From Octopus bimaculoides (taxonomy: Eukaryota), in the NCBI RefSeq assembly GCF_001194135.2, contig NC_068999.1, positions 22,145,021-22,208,883 on the forward strand: DNA of 63,863 bases, in the 5' to 3' direction. The notes beneath the pieces were generated by a model that ran no database searches, was not told the DNA's origin, and worked only from the letters and a program-made list of their open reading frames with translations. Position numbers and translations under genes: made by a program. The stretch's first letter is position 1. Each line of letters opens with the position of its first letter. This document shows, piece after piece, positions 50,175 through 63,615 of this stretch.

Positions 50175-50483
50175 TGTACATTATTTACATTTGAAGGATA
50201 ACACAACATTTTGGCTGATACACCCTCCAGCCTTCATCAGGTGTCTTGGGGAAATTTCGAACCATGGGTTCTCATTCCTAAGGTATTTTTTTGATGTTAT
50301 TATTATTATTATTCTGACGACAACGACGACAACAACATCATCGAAAAATACCTTAGGAATGAGAACCCAGGTTCGAAATTTCCCCAAGACACCTGATGAA
50401 GGCTGGAGGGTATATCAGCCGAAACATTGTGTTAACAACAAACAAGATGAGGACAAATATCTGTCAAATGTAAATAATGTACA
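50175..50483. mobile_element. Foldback repeat (Penelope pLTR-like), each arm carrying a decayed minimal hammerhead motif
   Basis: Arms 50200-50298 and 50334-50433 are roughly 90% complementary by eye; right arm reads acac-CTGATGA-a-ggctg/cagcc-GAAAC-att-gtgt. Confidence 0.7.
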
Positions 50484-53400
50484 TAATTCCTCATCTCTTA
50501 AATATAGAATTGTATGTAGGTTTATTTCAAGCAAGGCTATATAAGTAGCTGTAAGCATATGGCTTTGACATAGAGCATGAAACTTTTATAAGAGGGACAT
50601 TTAGAAGTGGTAATGATTATGTAGTATCCATGGTATGAGGTTAGGGTAAAGGATTATTAATCATATGGTCATGAGTTCAAACCTCATAACTATCAATGCT
50701 GTGTTCGTGTGAAATGCACATAATTCAATTATTATCTGACAACTTTATTCTATTGCTATATTACAACTGATTACAAAGATGTCCACTATTATTTCAGTAA
50801 TACATAATTGTCTTAAATTAAAAAAAAAAGTTAGCTATTGAAAAAAAAAAAAACAGGATGTAAAACAGTTTTAAAAGGCTGTTGAACAAGTAAAGAGAGT
50901 TGAAATTTTGGTCATGAATCTGTTTCTTTGAGAAGTTACCACTTTATTGCAGTACAGACATCATCATAAATTTAAGGGAAACCTTTAAGGTCTTCTAATT
51001 ATTTTATTTTCATTTTCAAAGGGAATGACATGAATCTTAAGGAAATTGTATAACATTAAATCAGTTCCAAACTGAATTAATGATTAATAGCTCCTCATAC
51101 TAGAACAAGTAAAACCTTTACTTTTTGGTGGAAGTTTTCATTTAGTGTACACTGAGTCTGATGGTTTCATTTAGACAGCATGACAGGATACTTTATATAT
51201 CAATTCCATTTTCATTACCTTAAGGATAATGAAATGTCTTAATGAAGAAGAAAGTACAGGAAATCTTAGGTAAATATGAAAATATGAACACATGTCACTA
51301 TTGTAAGAACATTTATAGCTATTGCCAGATACAAGTTTAGTTTACTTCTCATAGGTTTATACAAACCTCTCAAATTTGAGAATTGCAAAACATAAATGAA
51401 AACTGAAAAATTTCTGAATGCAATATGTCAGTTTCTTCAAAACAGGCCCACTTCTGATTAATTAAATTTTTCCATATTCGTGAGTGAAATTTTATATTAG
51501 CAATTGTTTTTACAGCTGGTATCCTTCCTGAAGCTAACAACTTAGTTAAAGAAAGAGTAGAGCCTGTTTGTTCAAGAGTACATTAGTTCAGTACGTTAAG
51601 CCACCAATGCTTGACATTTTGAAAGAAAACCAAGAGCTTAAGAGTGGGTACAACACCTCTTCACTTCCAAACCATGTAGTTCTATCTAATAGATTAAAAT
51701 GATGGTCACTGACGTACTATATTTATGAGATGTTATCTGAATTGTAGAAAGCAAAATTGTTTTCACTGTCTGCTAAAGAAAACAATGCAGCAATTATAAT
51801 TTGAAACAATTCTTATTGAAGAAAATTTACATGATAGTGGTGGTAGTGACATCCAACATTATCATCACTATTTACATCATCACAACTGATATCATCCTCT
51901 AATCAGCCACTTAACATTTATATGACTTCAAAATATATAATTAGGAAAGTTTTTAAGATGTAAAAATGAATCTGAATTTAAAATAAAAAGTTATCATACA
52001 GAGTTACAACCTCAAACGTTGTGAAAGTAAAACATTTTACTCCTGCAACAGTTAGCCAGGGAGAGATGCCACTAGAAAGAACTGTGTTATGTTACAAGAG
52101 AAAGAAATAATTTAAAATTATTTTTGCATTTTTCCCCATACTTTTCATATCAGTCAAGCGATGCATTAAATCCGATTGATTCCAATGAATAAATCTAAAA
52201 AATGTAGTGATTTAAACTGAACAAATTAGAAAAATGTTCATTATTAAACTCACAAGAGAAAGAATGTTGATTATTAATGGCAGTGTTTGGAAATATTTAT
52301 TGCCCAGAATATAGAATAAATTATTTATTGATAAGGAGGCCAGCTGCATAAAACAAATTTAAAGTAAAGGATAGGGCAAGAAGTGAAGCATTATGAATTT
52401 CAGTTAGATCAATTGTAAAACCTCATTTAGATGATCAAAAGAAAGTTTTGTTTTTAAATTTTAAGTAAAAAAAAAAAATTATAGGAGAGAATTTTCTTCA
52501 CTAAAAGTTCAATTTAATCTATAAAAATTAGGTTAAGTATACATGTGTAATCTTTACTTGCTGCTGTAAACCAAATTTTCAACTTGTCCAGATCTCTTAT
52601 TGAAGGCATAGTCAACGCTCTCTTTTTATTATTATTTTTTCATAGACAAAGATATCTGACATTAATAAGAATGTTTCTAATGATCTTATAAACAAATTTT
52701 ACTGACTTAGGATTATAATGTTTTGACTATTCAAACAAAGAATTTTTAGCAACTTTAGTAGATGTTATCTTTAACTACACAGGGTTTCAATGTTGCTCCT
52801 ATTCAATTATATCAATATGGAGGACACTAGATTCAAAGGTCAACCATGTAATTTAGAAACTCATAGCGTTATTACTGTATTTATTTGATAAATCAAGGAT
52901 GCATAGAGCCTCAATAAATATCATCTGCTCTTTCACAATACCTTATCATATATCAACAAATGAGCTATTAAAAACAGTTGGTATTCAAATTACATTAGAC
53001 ATCACTATCCCTGAACTAATCCCATCTATTCTAGTATTCTTCAACGCATTTTAGCTGTTTTATAACCTAAATTATATCATCAAAATATATACTTTCTGTA
53101 ATGTTTCTTCAATATACTTCTAATGCTCTCCTGCACAAACTGATTTTTCACATAAATATTAATAAACTTTTGATAGTCTGCATCAACAATTAGTAAGAAC
53201 AATTAAAAAAGATGGAATAAATTTGTTTGCTATGAGTGTTAGAAAAAAAACTGTAATGTTTCAGATAGAACCCTTCATCAGAGAGTGATGTTTCTTGATG
53301 CTATTGAATGAATAAATTGAATGTAGCAAGAGTAACTTACATCCCAAAACTTTCAAATGACTCCCACTCTATATGTTACACTTGTTCCTTCAAATCCAGC

Positions 53401-54204
53401 AGTATTTGGTTAACCAACTTCCAAGTACAATTCCAGGTCACTAATACCATGGTCTCTACCTTTATAAATATTATTTACTGCATCACTTATAAATGCTGGA
53501 AATCTCTATACAAGGAGGAAACTGGCAGCCATCTAAGTGATGATTTCTGAAAGCATCTACTCAATTTTCATAGTAATACCCAAGCACTCTCTAAACTTGT
53601 AGCAAGGCCATTCAATGAATCACTTCTTGGTTTGTAAAGTCACAATATGAGATGTCTTATTCTACACCCATAGTACAGAGAAAAATACCTTAGTACCATT
53701 CTAGGATCCACCTTGTCCATAGGTATTAATGAACTCTATTCAGTTTCCTAAATGATTTCCAGGTCTTTAGTTTGGAAACTCCTATTTTATATATTTATAT
53801 TTTCTTTTCTCATGGTTTGCCTCTCTGGCTTTACAAATTTGTTACTCTCACTCATTGCCTCCTGCTTCTTGAGTTGCTACAGTTCTTATCAATCTTTTCC
53901 CAGTTGTCTTCTCTTACCCTAATCATTACCTGTTAATTTTCCAAATTTGCCAACAGTTTTGTTGATTATCCTCTCTCTTTGATTATTGTTCAAGTTTTGT
54001 TGTCTTGTAACCCCACCTCAACTATTCTTCACTTGTTTTTTCTCTTTTTCACTACCCTACAATATATCTCTTCATTACTATCAGAAATTATTATTTTCCA
54101 TTAACGAGTACTGCCATAAAATGTTAGTAATTTTCCTCTTCCTAATGACAACTTTGAATGTTCAAAAATGAATTCATCTTGCTCTTAACTCAGCCAACTT
54201 ATCA

Positions 54205-54410
54205 GCATCATGGTGAGGCAACAGAATTGCTAGTATGCCAGACAAAATGCTTAGCGGTATTTCATCTGTCATTATGTTCTGAGTTCAAATTCCGCTGAGG
54301 GTGACTTTGCCATTCATCATTTTGGGGTTGATATGATTGATTGTCCCCCTCCCCACAAAAATCCAGGCCTTGTGCCTATAGTAGAAAGGATTGTTATTAT
54401 TATCAAATGA
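54205..54410 (+). mobile_element. SINE family 3 (decayed); related pieces at 735-880, 41585-41690, 59450-59615
   Basis: Shared motif ctgagttcaaattccgctgagg...ctttgcc(t)ttcatc(c)ttt..ggg.ttgata. Confidence 0.55.
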
Positions 54411-54710
54411 TTAGTTAGTATTTACTAATAATATACTGTCAAATGATGAACCTGATATCCTTCAAAATGGAAATTGAAGTCTACTTGTGAAATATCAACT
54501 TATCAATAACTAGCTTTATTCAGACAAACACAATGAAATTAGAAATTCGTATCTTTCATATTCTTAGTACTATGAAATCTCAACAAAAAAACTTATTACA
54601 ACTGAATTTAGCAATTATATTTCAATATACACACTGGCATTGCATCTGGAAGTTTTGTTGGCTAAATTTTTGTACCATTAAACGCATCATCTTTAGAAGT
54701 ATGCCATTAT

Positions 54711-54896
54711 ATAATACAGTGAAATTAATGAGTTCAGATAAGTTTATATGTTGTGAAGAGAAAAAAAGAGTCTCATATTTTAGTACAGACCCTTCTCCAG
54801 GAAGACAGAAAGTTTCCAATGAATCTTGAAACCTCAGATTTCTTTTCTCTCTGCAGCACATAAACTTATCTAAACTCATTAAATTCACTGCATAAT
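54711..54896. repeat. Inverted repeat with ~64-bp arms and a ~58-bp spacer
   Basis: cagtgaaattaatgagttcagataagtttatatg versus reverse-complemented cagtgaatttaatgagtttagataagtttatgtg. Confidence 0.75.
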
Positions 54897-56344
54897 TTTT
54901 GTCAATGCAGACCATTATCAGTTTTCTTGAACTAGTTTTACATAATCTTTGATAAACATGTTTACTTTCCAGCTTTGATCTAGGGATTTAAGGAACTCTT
55001 TATGACATTTTATGAGGTTCCTGGCACTGTTTTTCTGCTTAACAGCTATATGAAACTAAGATCCATTTCTCTATTTTGTATGGTAATTTAGTTACCTTAA
55101 AAATTTTGTCAGACTTTTCAGTGAGACATAACAACTGTTCCTTGAGCAGATCCTAAAGTCAGTGGAATAAAATCCTTTAACACTATCATTTCTCAATTGA
55201 ATGATATTTGATAATTTATTTGATAATATATAGGCTATCTTTTCTATTTACACAATGTTGGCTACTGTTTACCAACATATACAATATCAACATGCAATAG
55301 AACATTCAGACTTTCTGAGTAGAACTTTTTTCTAAGAAGCAATAAATTTTAGTAACTCTCAAAACCATTTGCAAATCCAATAAATCAATATGACTAAGTT
55401 GTAAATTATATATCAGATGCAAAATGATTGCATTAAAATGTGATGATATATATGAAAACAACTTGAATAAGTTTTGTATTAAAGAATCATAAAAATTGGT
55501 AAGTGGGAAAAGAATCCAAGGAATTCCTTTAGAAAATTTTAGAGCACTTAAATTAATGAATTCTATAGTTCTTGCATCTGTTTCAGCGAATGAAAATTCC
55601 AGCAGCTCAATCAATGGAGTCATCTATTTGCAATATGATGGTGTAAGTAGCTGAACATTTCAGTCATTTGTACTCTTAATGTAATCTCCGGGCAGATTTG
55701 GCATGACAATGAGTGACAAGATCAGGCCTTCAAATTACAGGTAGAGTCCATACAACAGTTTCCATCTACAGTTAACTCAAATTTTATAGCTGGGTTAACT
55801 TGAAGCTATGGTATAAGACATTGCTTTATTATATGGACACGCAGCTATTTACAACTTAAACACTGTATTCATATATAATGTACAACATTTTATGGGCAAT
55901 GGAATTCCAGAAAAAATATATCTTGTGTCTAATATACATCACTTTTTCTTTATGGTAGACTCTGATACCTTGTCACTACCATCTTTATCCCTCATTCTAG
56001 CTCCACCTCATTTATTCCAACCCACCCTCAAATAATGTTGGGTAGCCTCTACAACAACAAACCTGTTCTTGTTTCTTCTATCATGAATTAATCTCACATA
56101 AAGCTACCTCCTACTCCACTATACTTCTTCTCAACAGAAGGGATTCTTTAGATACATAGCAACCTCTTTTAAGTTGTTGAAATTATTTTTATATAAATTA
56201 GGTACAAGTGGTGAGGAGCTTGCTTCCAAACCACATGGTTCCAGGTTCAGTCCTATTGCAGGATACCACGGGCAAGTGTTTTCTATTATAGTCAAAAACT
56301 TTGTGAATGGATTTGGTGGACATAAATTGAAAGAAGCCAATTAT

Positions 56345-56378
<34 letters not shown>

Positions 56379-56568
56379 NNNNNNNNNNNNNNNNNNNNNN
56401 NNNNNNNNNNNNNNNNNNNNNNNNNNNNNNNNNNNNNNNNNNNNNNNNNNNNNNNNNNNNNNNNNNNNNNNNNNNNNNNNNNNNNNNNNNNNNNNNNNNN
56501 NNNNNNNNNNNNNNNNNNNNNNNNNNNNNNNNNNNNNNNNNNNNNNNNNNNNNNNNNNNNNNNNNNNN

Positions 56569-56608
<40 letters not shown>

Positions 56609-58660
56609 AGTTCATGTGTGTTGTTGTTTCGTTGCCTTGACATTGTGTGATAGGTGTAAACAAGTGTCACCATCATGCAAGTGGTATCTTTCTTTTTCAG
56701 TTTCCATGAAAACATGTCTGGCCATGGGAAATATTCACTTACTCAGAAACATGTGAAGGTTGGTGACAAGAAGAGCATATAGCCATAGAAAATCTGCCAC
56801 AACAGAATTCTGTCCAGCCCATGCGAGCATGGATAAATGGATGTTAAAGAAATGATGATAAAATTTGTTAATAGATATTGCATGTGTACTAAATGATATA
56901 TTGACTGAATAGACACACTTGGGGTACCTATGAAAACATGTTTACAATTTTGCTGTTTCCGTTTTGGTTTTACATTTTACTTTTCAATCATTTTTAGCGC
57001 ATTTAGTAAAATAGTCAACAAAACTTCAGTGATACAATCATATGGGTACTTTGAAATACAATGGACGTTTAATGTATTATCACTATCATAGGAAAATATA
57101 TACTATTGTAGAGATTTAAACTCTTCATTTCACATCAGTCAGCTTGGACAAAACAGAAAACTAATTTCCAGTTATACCATCCTGATCATAGCCATGCACT
57201 TACAAGGAAAATCAGTAACGTTTACTTCTCACAAATCATGAATGCTCGAAGCTTTTTGGTTTACAAATCGAGAAATAAAATGTGTATTACACATGAATAT
57301 ATATGACCTGTAAATAAATATAATAAGGATAATAAAGAAGGGCAATGTCTGCTTCAGAAGGTATATACAATCTGTGAATTATGTCTTTTGAAATGCTGTC
57401 TTTAGACAACATATTCTACTTGTTACATAATTTTATCAATAATATTCTTAACGTGGTCAAATTTTTTTTACACAACATCCATTTAGTTTCAATAAAGTAC
57501 TATACTTTAATTGTCCTAATAAGGTAAATATCATAAAGGTACAAATACAGTAGCATTCTTAAAATTCTTTCTATGTATAAAATAGACTTCCATGGAATTG
57601 TTTTCTCAAGGAAAACATTTGATTTAATCCCGAGTAAAAAAAAAAGAAAGAAAAGAAATTGCTAAAAATATAATTCTTTATAACCATTTCACTGCTAAAC
57701 CAATGATAACATATATGGTAATATAAAAACCTTATGTTCATTTGTAGCCAATAAAGAGATCTTTTGGATTCTGATTACAAAAGCTTTCAGACAGCATAGA
57801 TAACAACAAATCAGTCAACTAGAAATACAATATTTTTTGTTCTTCAGCAGAAATAAAAACACAAGATGCAATTGTAGAGAATTTTCTGAGATGAGAGTGG
57901 AATTTTATTTTTTACATTTCAAAATAATACTATTAAGTTAGAGACAAGAGTAGTGTTATTTGTGAAGGAATTTAGAATGAATACTGTAATCAATATATTT
58001 ATACCTAAATGAGGTATTTCATATCAGATATAGAAAATAGATTTGTCCTTTAAACGGTTCAGATTGTTAGAACATCTTTTACTCTGAGTATCTTTTGGTC
58101 TAGGGTCTATTTTTTACATTTTTGCAAAACATGTCTCTCTCTTCAGGTAATTGCCTCGACTCTCTTTGTACTTAACAAGATCTCTTAAATGATCAGTCAA
58201 ATTAGTATCAATGATTATTTAGCTGCAATGATCTGATAACAGCTTAATACTGAAATATAGAAAATAGTAACTGATAGAAGTAGTATTTTATACTGAATTT
58301 TAGAAAATTATTTTCACAATGTTTAACCTAAAGGGGAAAGTAAATTATTGTTAAAAATTGTTCCTACTATGGTACAGTAGAGCAGTTCTTTTGTAGCAGT
58401 AAGCAATATTTAATAGGATATATTATATTACTTTTTCTGCAAGAATGCTACAAAACCTGTAAAGGTTCTGAAAGCTGTGAACAATGGAAAACACACAATA
58501 TAATTATCAAGAGGAATTCATTTCCTTTGTCCGTTAACATCCAAATTAACAGTAATCATTTGCAACAAAAAAACATGAATGATACAGCTCAGAAGAAATT
58601 TTGAACAAAATAAGTATTATATGAGATAATAGGGAAACTGTAACATTGTACATTTCTTAT

Positions 58661-59032
58661 CATCATCACCATCATCGTTTAACATCTGTTTTCCATGCTG
58701 GCATGGGTTGGATGGTTTGACTGAGGTCTGGAGAGCCAGTGGCTGCACCAGGCTCCAATCTGATCTGGCACTGTTTGTACAGCTGGATGCCCTTCCTAAC
58801 ACCAACCATTCTGAGAGTGTAGTGGGTGTTTTTTACATACCACTGGCATGGGAGCCAGTTAGACGGGCCTGGTATCGATCACGTTCGGATGGTGCTTTTT
58901 ACATGCTACCGGCACAAGTACCAGTCAGGGGGTACTGGCATCGGCTACGATAAGTTGGTGCTTTTTACGTGCTACCGGCACAGGAGCCAGTCAGACGGAC
59001 CTGGCATCAACCACGTTCGGATGGTGCTTTTA
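58661..59032 (-). mobile_element. SINE-like family 1 diverged copy with about three ~60-bp tandem units
   Basis: Core includes cagctggatgcccttcctaacaccaacc, followed by repeated ggtgcttttac...ccggcac...gccagtcag units. Confidence 0.7.
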
Positions 59033-60129
59033 GATAAAAAAATTTCTTAAATAATTTGTCATCCAGAAATTGGAAGCCAGACAACCAAACTAACATTGAT
59101 GATCCAACACCAAGAGTATGTTACATAAGAAGGTTGCATCATTATAATGTATAATCACAGTGTTCAGTAATATCAAGTCAGTGAGATTATAACAATTAAA
59201 AATGTCAATCTCATTTCAAGGTAGTTCAGATTTACTTCTACAATGACTTGATGTAAACTTGTCCAAAGTGGAACTTTATAAGAATGTAATTATCTTGACA
59301 CTGATCAGCTTACCATAACATTAGCAACATTTATTAAGACCACATTGAGCAAGAAGCTCAAATGAAGCTTTTACAATCTTCGTCTTGCAATTAACAATTA
59401 GCTAAGTTGTTAAATATGCACAAATTTTGCACATGGGCCAGTCATTTTGAGAGGGAGTAAGTTGATTACATTAACGCCAGTACTCAATTGGCACTTATTT
59501 TATTGACCCTAAAAGAATGAAAGCAAAGCTGACTTCAGCAGAATTTGAAGATGGATTAAATGGCGCTAAGTGTTTTGCCCAGAATGCTAATGGTTCTGCC
59601 AGCTCACCACCATATTACAAAGTAAATATTAAGCTAAAATTGGTGATTCTTAACTCGGGTAATTTTTTTTTAACAAAAATGGGAAAATAATTAAATCAGC
59701 CACATGTGTATTCATAGGTTTCCTCTCATGTATGCATCACACATTGCACTCTCTAACGTATGCCTTTATTGCTCATCTTCTCTTCACCATGCATTGCATT
59801 CTTTCACCCATACCTATTACCCATCTCCCAATCACTCCTTCTCAATTCCCACTGTCCTGCGCTGCAGATGTGTCTGAGGATAGCAGTAGATCTCTCCTGC
59901 TCATCATATATTGCTTCCAGTGTAAGTAAGGATACTACTGCGCTTATTCTGATTCTGCCCTCAAGTTTTTTGAGCTGCTGTTGTTGCAGGACCCACATAC
60001 TTTCCATTCCTTCATCTCTCAGTTCATCTCATAACCTGTGTATAGATGGCTAAATTGAACCATTTATGCCACAGTTTACTCTACCTTATGTAGATACATA
60101 TATTAACATATACAATTAATAGTGACATT

Positions 60130-61036
60130 AGCAATATTAATGCCAAAAGGTAATCTTGATCACCAATTTAACTTGGCGGTTGTGCTAAAACACAGAATAC
60201 TGCATTATTTACCCTAAGAAGATCTCTCATAAAGACATGTGATGCATAAAAGCACTCATAATTATATTGCTGACAGATCAGAATCATCTGCTATGGCAGC
60301 TGAAACTGCCAAATCACATGATCTTCCCCTGCTGTCAGTTCTTCAGTGACAGCTGTCCAGTAGAGCAATAACAGCCAAATCTACTGTCAACAATATATAG
60401 AATCTCAGTGTATATTCAGGCACCGTGTTGCAGTTAGCTAGTGGGCTATCAAAAAATAACAACAGAAGCAGTATTATTGCCAAAAGATAATCATCTTGAT
60501 CTTCAGCTTAGTTTGGTGGTTGTGTTAGAACACAGAATGCTGTGTTGTTTACCTTGAGAGGGTCTCTCATATGGCCTCGTGGTGCATAAAAGCACTTGTA
60601 ACTATATATCATTGACAGATGAAAATTATCTGCTACGGTTGCCAGAACTGCCAGATCATGTGATTTCACCCTGCTAGGAGTTCCTTCAGTTGCTATTAAT
60701 TCTTTTTTTAATAAGCCCATTGGCTATCTGTGACACCAGTGCTTGAATAGACACTGAAATTCTATCTATCACTGACAGTAGATTTGGCTGGTATCATGCT
60801 GCTGGACACCTGCCACTAAAGAATCCATAGTAGAGTGAAATCATGTGATCTGGTAGTTCTGGCAGCTGTAGCAGATGATTGTCATCTGTCAGCGATACAA
60901 ACAAGAGTGCTTTTATGTATCACAAGTCCTTATGAGAGATTCTCTCAAAGTAACTAACGCAGTATTCTATGTTCTAACACAACCTCCACATTAAGTTGGA
61001 GATCAAAATTACCTTTTGGCATAAATACTGCTTCTG
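60130..61036. repeat. Array of a ~337-bp unit: full copy (+), partial copy (+), full copy (-)
   Basis: Motifs gccaaaag..atcttgatc, gttgtg.ta.aacacagaat.ctg, tctctcata, gcataaaagcact and cagccaaatctactgtca recur in both orientations. Confidence 0.75.
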
Positions 61037-61046
61037 TGCTATTAAT

Positions 61047-61109
<63 letters not shown>

Positions 61110-61735
61110 NNNNNNNNNNNNNNNNNNNNNNNNNNNNNNNNNNNNNNNNNNNNNNNNNNNNNNNNNNNNNNNNNNNNNNNNNNNNNNNNNNNNNNNNNNN
61201 NNNNNNNNNNNNNNNNNNNNNNNNNNNNNNNNNNNNNNNNNNNNNNNNNNNNNNNNNNNNNNNNNNNNNNNNNNNNNNNNNNNNNNNNNNNNNNNNNNNN
61301 NNNNNNNNNNNNNNNNNNNNNNNNNNNNNNNNNNNNNNNNNNNNNNNNNNNNNNNNNNNNNNNNNNNNNNNNNNNNNNNNNNNNNNNNNNNNNNNNNNNN
61401 NNNNNNNNNNNNNNNNNNNNNNNNNNNNNNNNNNNNNNNNNNNNNNNNNNNNNNNNNNNNNNNNNNNNNNNNNNNNNNNNNNNNNNNNNNNNNNNNNNNN
61501 NNNNNNNNNNNNNNNNNNNNNNNNNNNNNNNNNNNNNNNNNNNNNNNNNNNNNNNNNNNNNNNNNNNNNNNNNNNNNNNNNNNNNNNNNNNNNNNNNNNN
61601 NNCATATATAAAATAGCGCATGCACTCGGATTCCCCAACTCGATTTTTAATAACTCCACCAAAAGAATACGTATCCAGAAGATGCTCTCGTCTAAATTTG
61701 TTAGTTCGCGGTATGCCCACCCTCCCACCTGTACT

Positions 61736-61823
61736 GGAAGTTCCTATCCTCTCCCATCCTTTGGTTGTCCTCTTCTTTCCATCTACACCGGAAGTTCCTA
61801 ACCTCTCCCATCCTTTGGTTGTC
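61736..61823. repeat. Short direct repeat, 34-bp unit with a 54-bp period
   Basis: ggaagttccta(t/a)cctctcccatcctttggttgtc occurs twice. Confidence 0.8.
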
Positions 61824-62029
61824 TCCCATGAACACTTCTAAAGGCTTTACGCCATCCCCACCCCTACTTAGGATTTATCTCCTATGTGAAGTAGTGATCA
61901 TATAGTGGTGCATCAGCATGGCCGCAGCTCTGAGCTGAAACTTTGAAATGAAATGAAATATGATGGTGTAGTGTATGCAGGTTGAATTGAAGGCTATTGT
62001 TTATGAATTGTGCCAAATGCAAGCTTTCT

Positions 62030-62686
62030 TTTCAGGTACATGACGCTGCTGTCCCCCACCCCAGGGTCTCATGGGTCCACACCTCTCACACCCTCAGGGT
62101 TGGCACTCTCAACATCGGCACGCTGAAAGGTAGGTCTGGAGATATTGTTGAGATGCTTGAATGGAGATGTGTCGATTTGTACTGCCTCCAAGAAGTAAGG
62201 TTGAGAGGAGGTTCCGCTAAGTTCCTCACAGGCAAAGAACACAGGTACAAGATTTTCTGGGCAGGGAACACTGACAGGGTCGGGGGTGTGGGTATACTTC
62301 TTGCGGAGAAATAGGTTGATAAGGTAATAGAGGTAGTCAGAGTATGCGACAGAATACTTAAGATTAGATTAGTGCTTCATCATGGATTAGTAACCATTAT
62401 CTCAGCCTATGCCCCTAGGCTGGGGCTACTTGATGGATAGAAAGACCGATTTTATGACACCCTCTTGCAGACTACCTCGTTGACGAATGACAGGGACCTT
62501 CTCTTTGTGGCTGGTGATTTCAATGGACATGTTGGACAACATGCAGGGGGCTTCCATGGCGTACATGGAGGCTATGGCTTTGGTTCCCGCAATGAGGAGG
62601 GAACCAGACTGCTGGAGTTCTGCGATGCAAATGATCTTATGGTTTGCAATACTAACTTCAGGAAACCTGCCAGTCACCTAGTCACC
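62030..62686 (+). pseudogene. RTE-clade LINE apurinic endonuclease domain fragment
   Basis: One frame reads LRVGTLNIGTL..LQEVR..GVGILL..IISAYAP..AGDFNGHVG..YGFGSRNEEGTRLLEFC, with two in-frame TAG stops and no visible frameshift. Confidence 0.9.
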
Positions 62687-63615
62687 AGAAGGAAATGACT
62701 AGGAAAAGAAAAGCATGATATCTTGGAAATGGTAAATTTAACTTAATTGAAGGGAATCAAGAAACAGGTAAAATTGAGAGCCTGCAACTTTACAGAGATC
62801 TGGCTTTGATTTTTGATTCAAGCTATTTCATTTGCATGGATAATATACCTGAGAAAGGCATGGCGATCGCACACACTTATTTTCTTGTCTAAGAAATCAT
62901 TATCATTTCATTACATGTTTTTCTCTCATGGATCCAATCTTAGCTGAAAGCATTGGAGAGAGATTCTTTACACACTTCTCTGACTAGCACTCAACTTCAT
63001 GGCTGAGTAGTTAGTATTTATTTCATTTGACCATGCATACATTCAATTTCTGTAAGAGAGGGATCTTATTGAGTGGTTTGATTCTAATATAATATTCGGA
63101 TTTCTTTTATTAACACTAGAGGATTGTAAGATAAGATTAATTCTGTTTGGGACTGAATATGGAAATAAGAGATTACAAATTAAATATCAAAATAAAAATG
63201 CATTAAATCTGTACTTTGCCACCTATTAACTCCAATGCTCTCGAGTAGGTAATGTTAAGATAACCAAAGGAAATAAGATGTCAGATATTACAGAATTTTA
63301 GATTAAATGCTTCAGTTTTTAACTGTGTACCTCTGAGACCCATATCCTGCCAGTATAAATTTGTCTTTCATTTGGGATGGGGGTGGTGGTGGTGGGGGAA
63401 ATACAAAAATACTTCATATGTTGAAGGTTGATTCCAGTTTATGGCTTTGTGCCAGTACCAAAAACCTTATTCTCAGCGTCATCCACCTGTACAATAACAT
63501 TCATACAAGTATGTGGACTTGCAAAGCAAACACATGCCCGGATAATCAAATGCCAAAGAGTTCAAAGACCCAAACAAATAGATTTCAAGTGTTTCTTAGT
63601 CCTGTTCCTCCCTTG

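Noticed and set aside
53300-55620. Possible LINE/Penelope RT remnants (53300-53900, 54950-55620) and also 59730-60050, 61603-61730
   Set aside because: Only faint motif resemblance; too degenerate to assign without a profile search
58840-59032. CRISPR-like repeat array
   Set aside because: Eukaryotic context, no cas genes, and the units are degenerate tandem repeats without unique spacers
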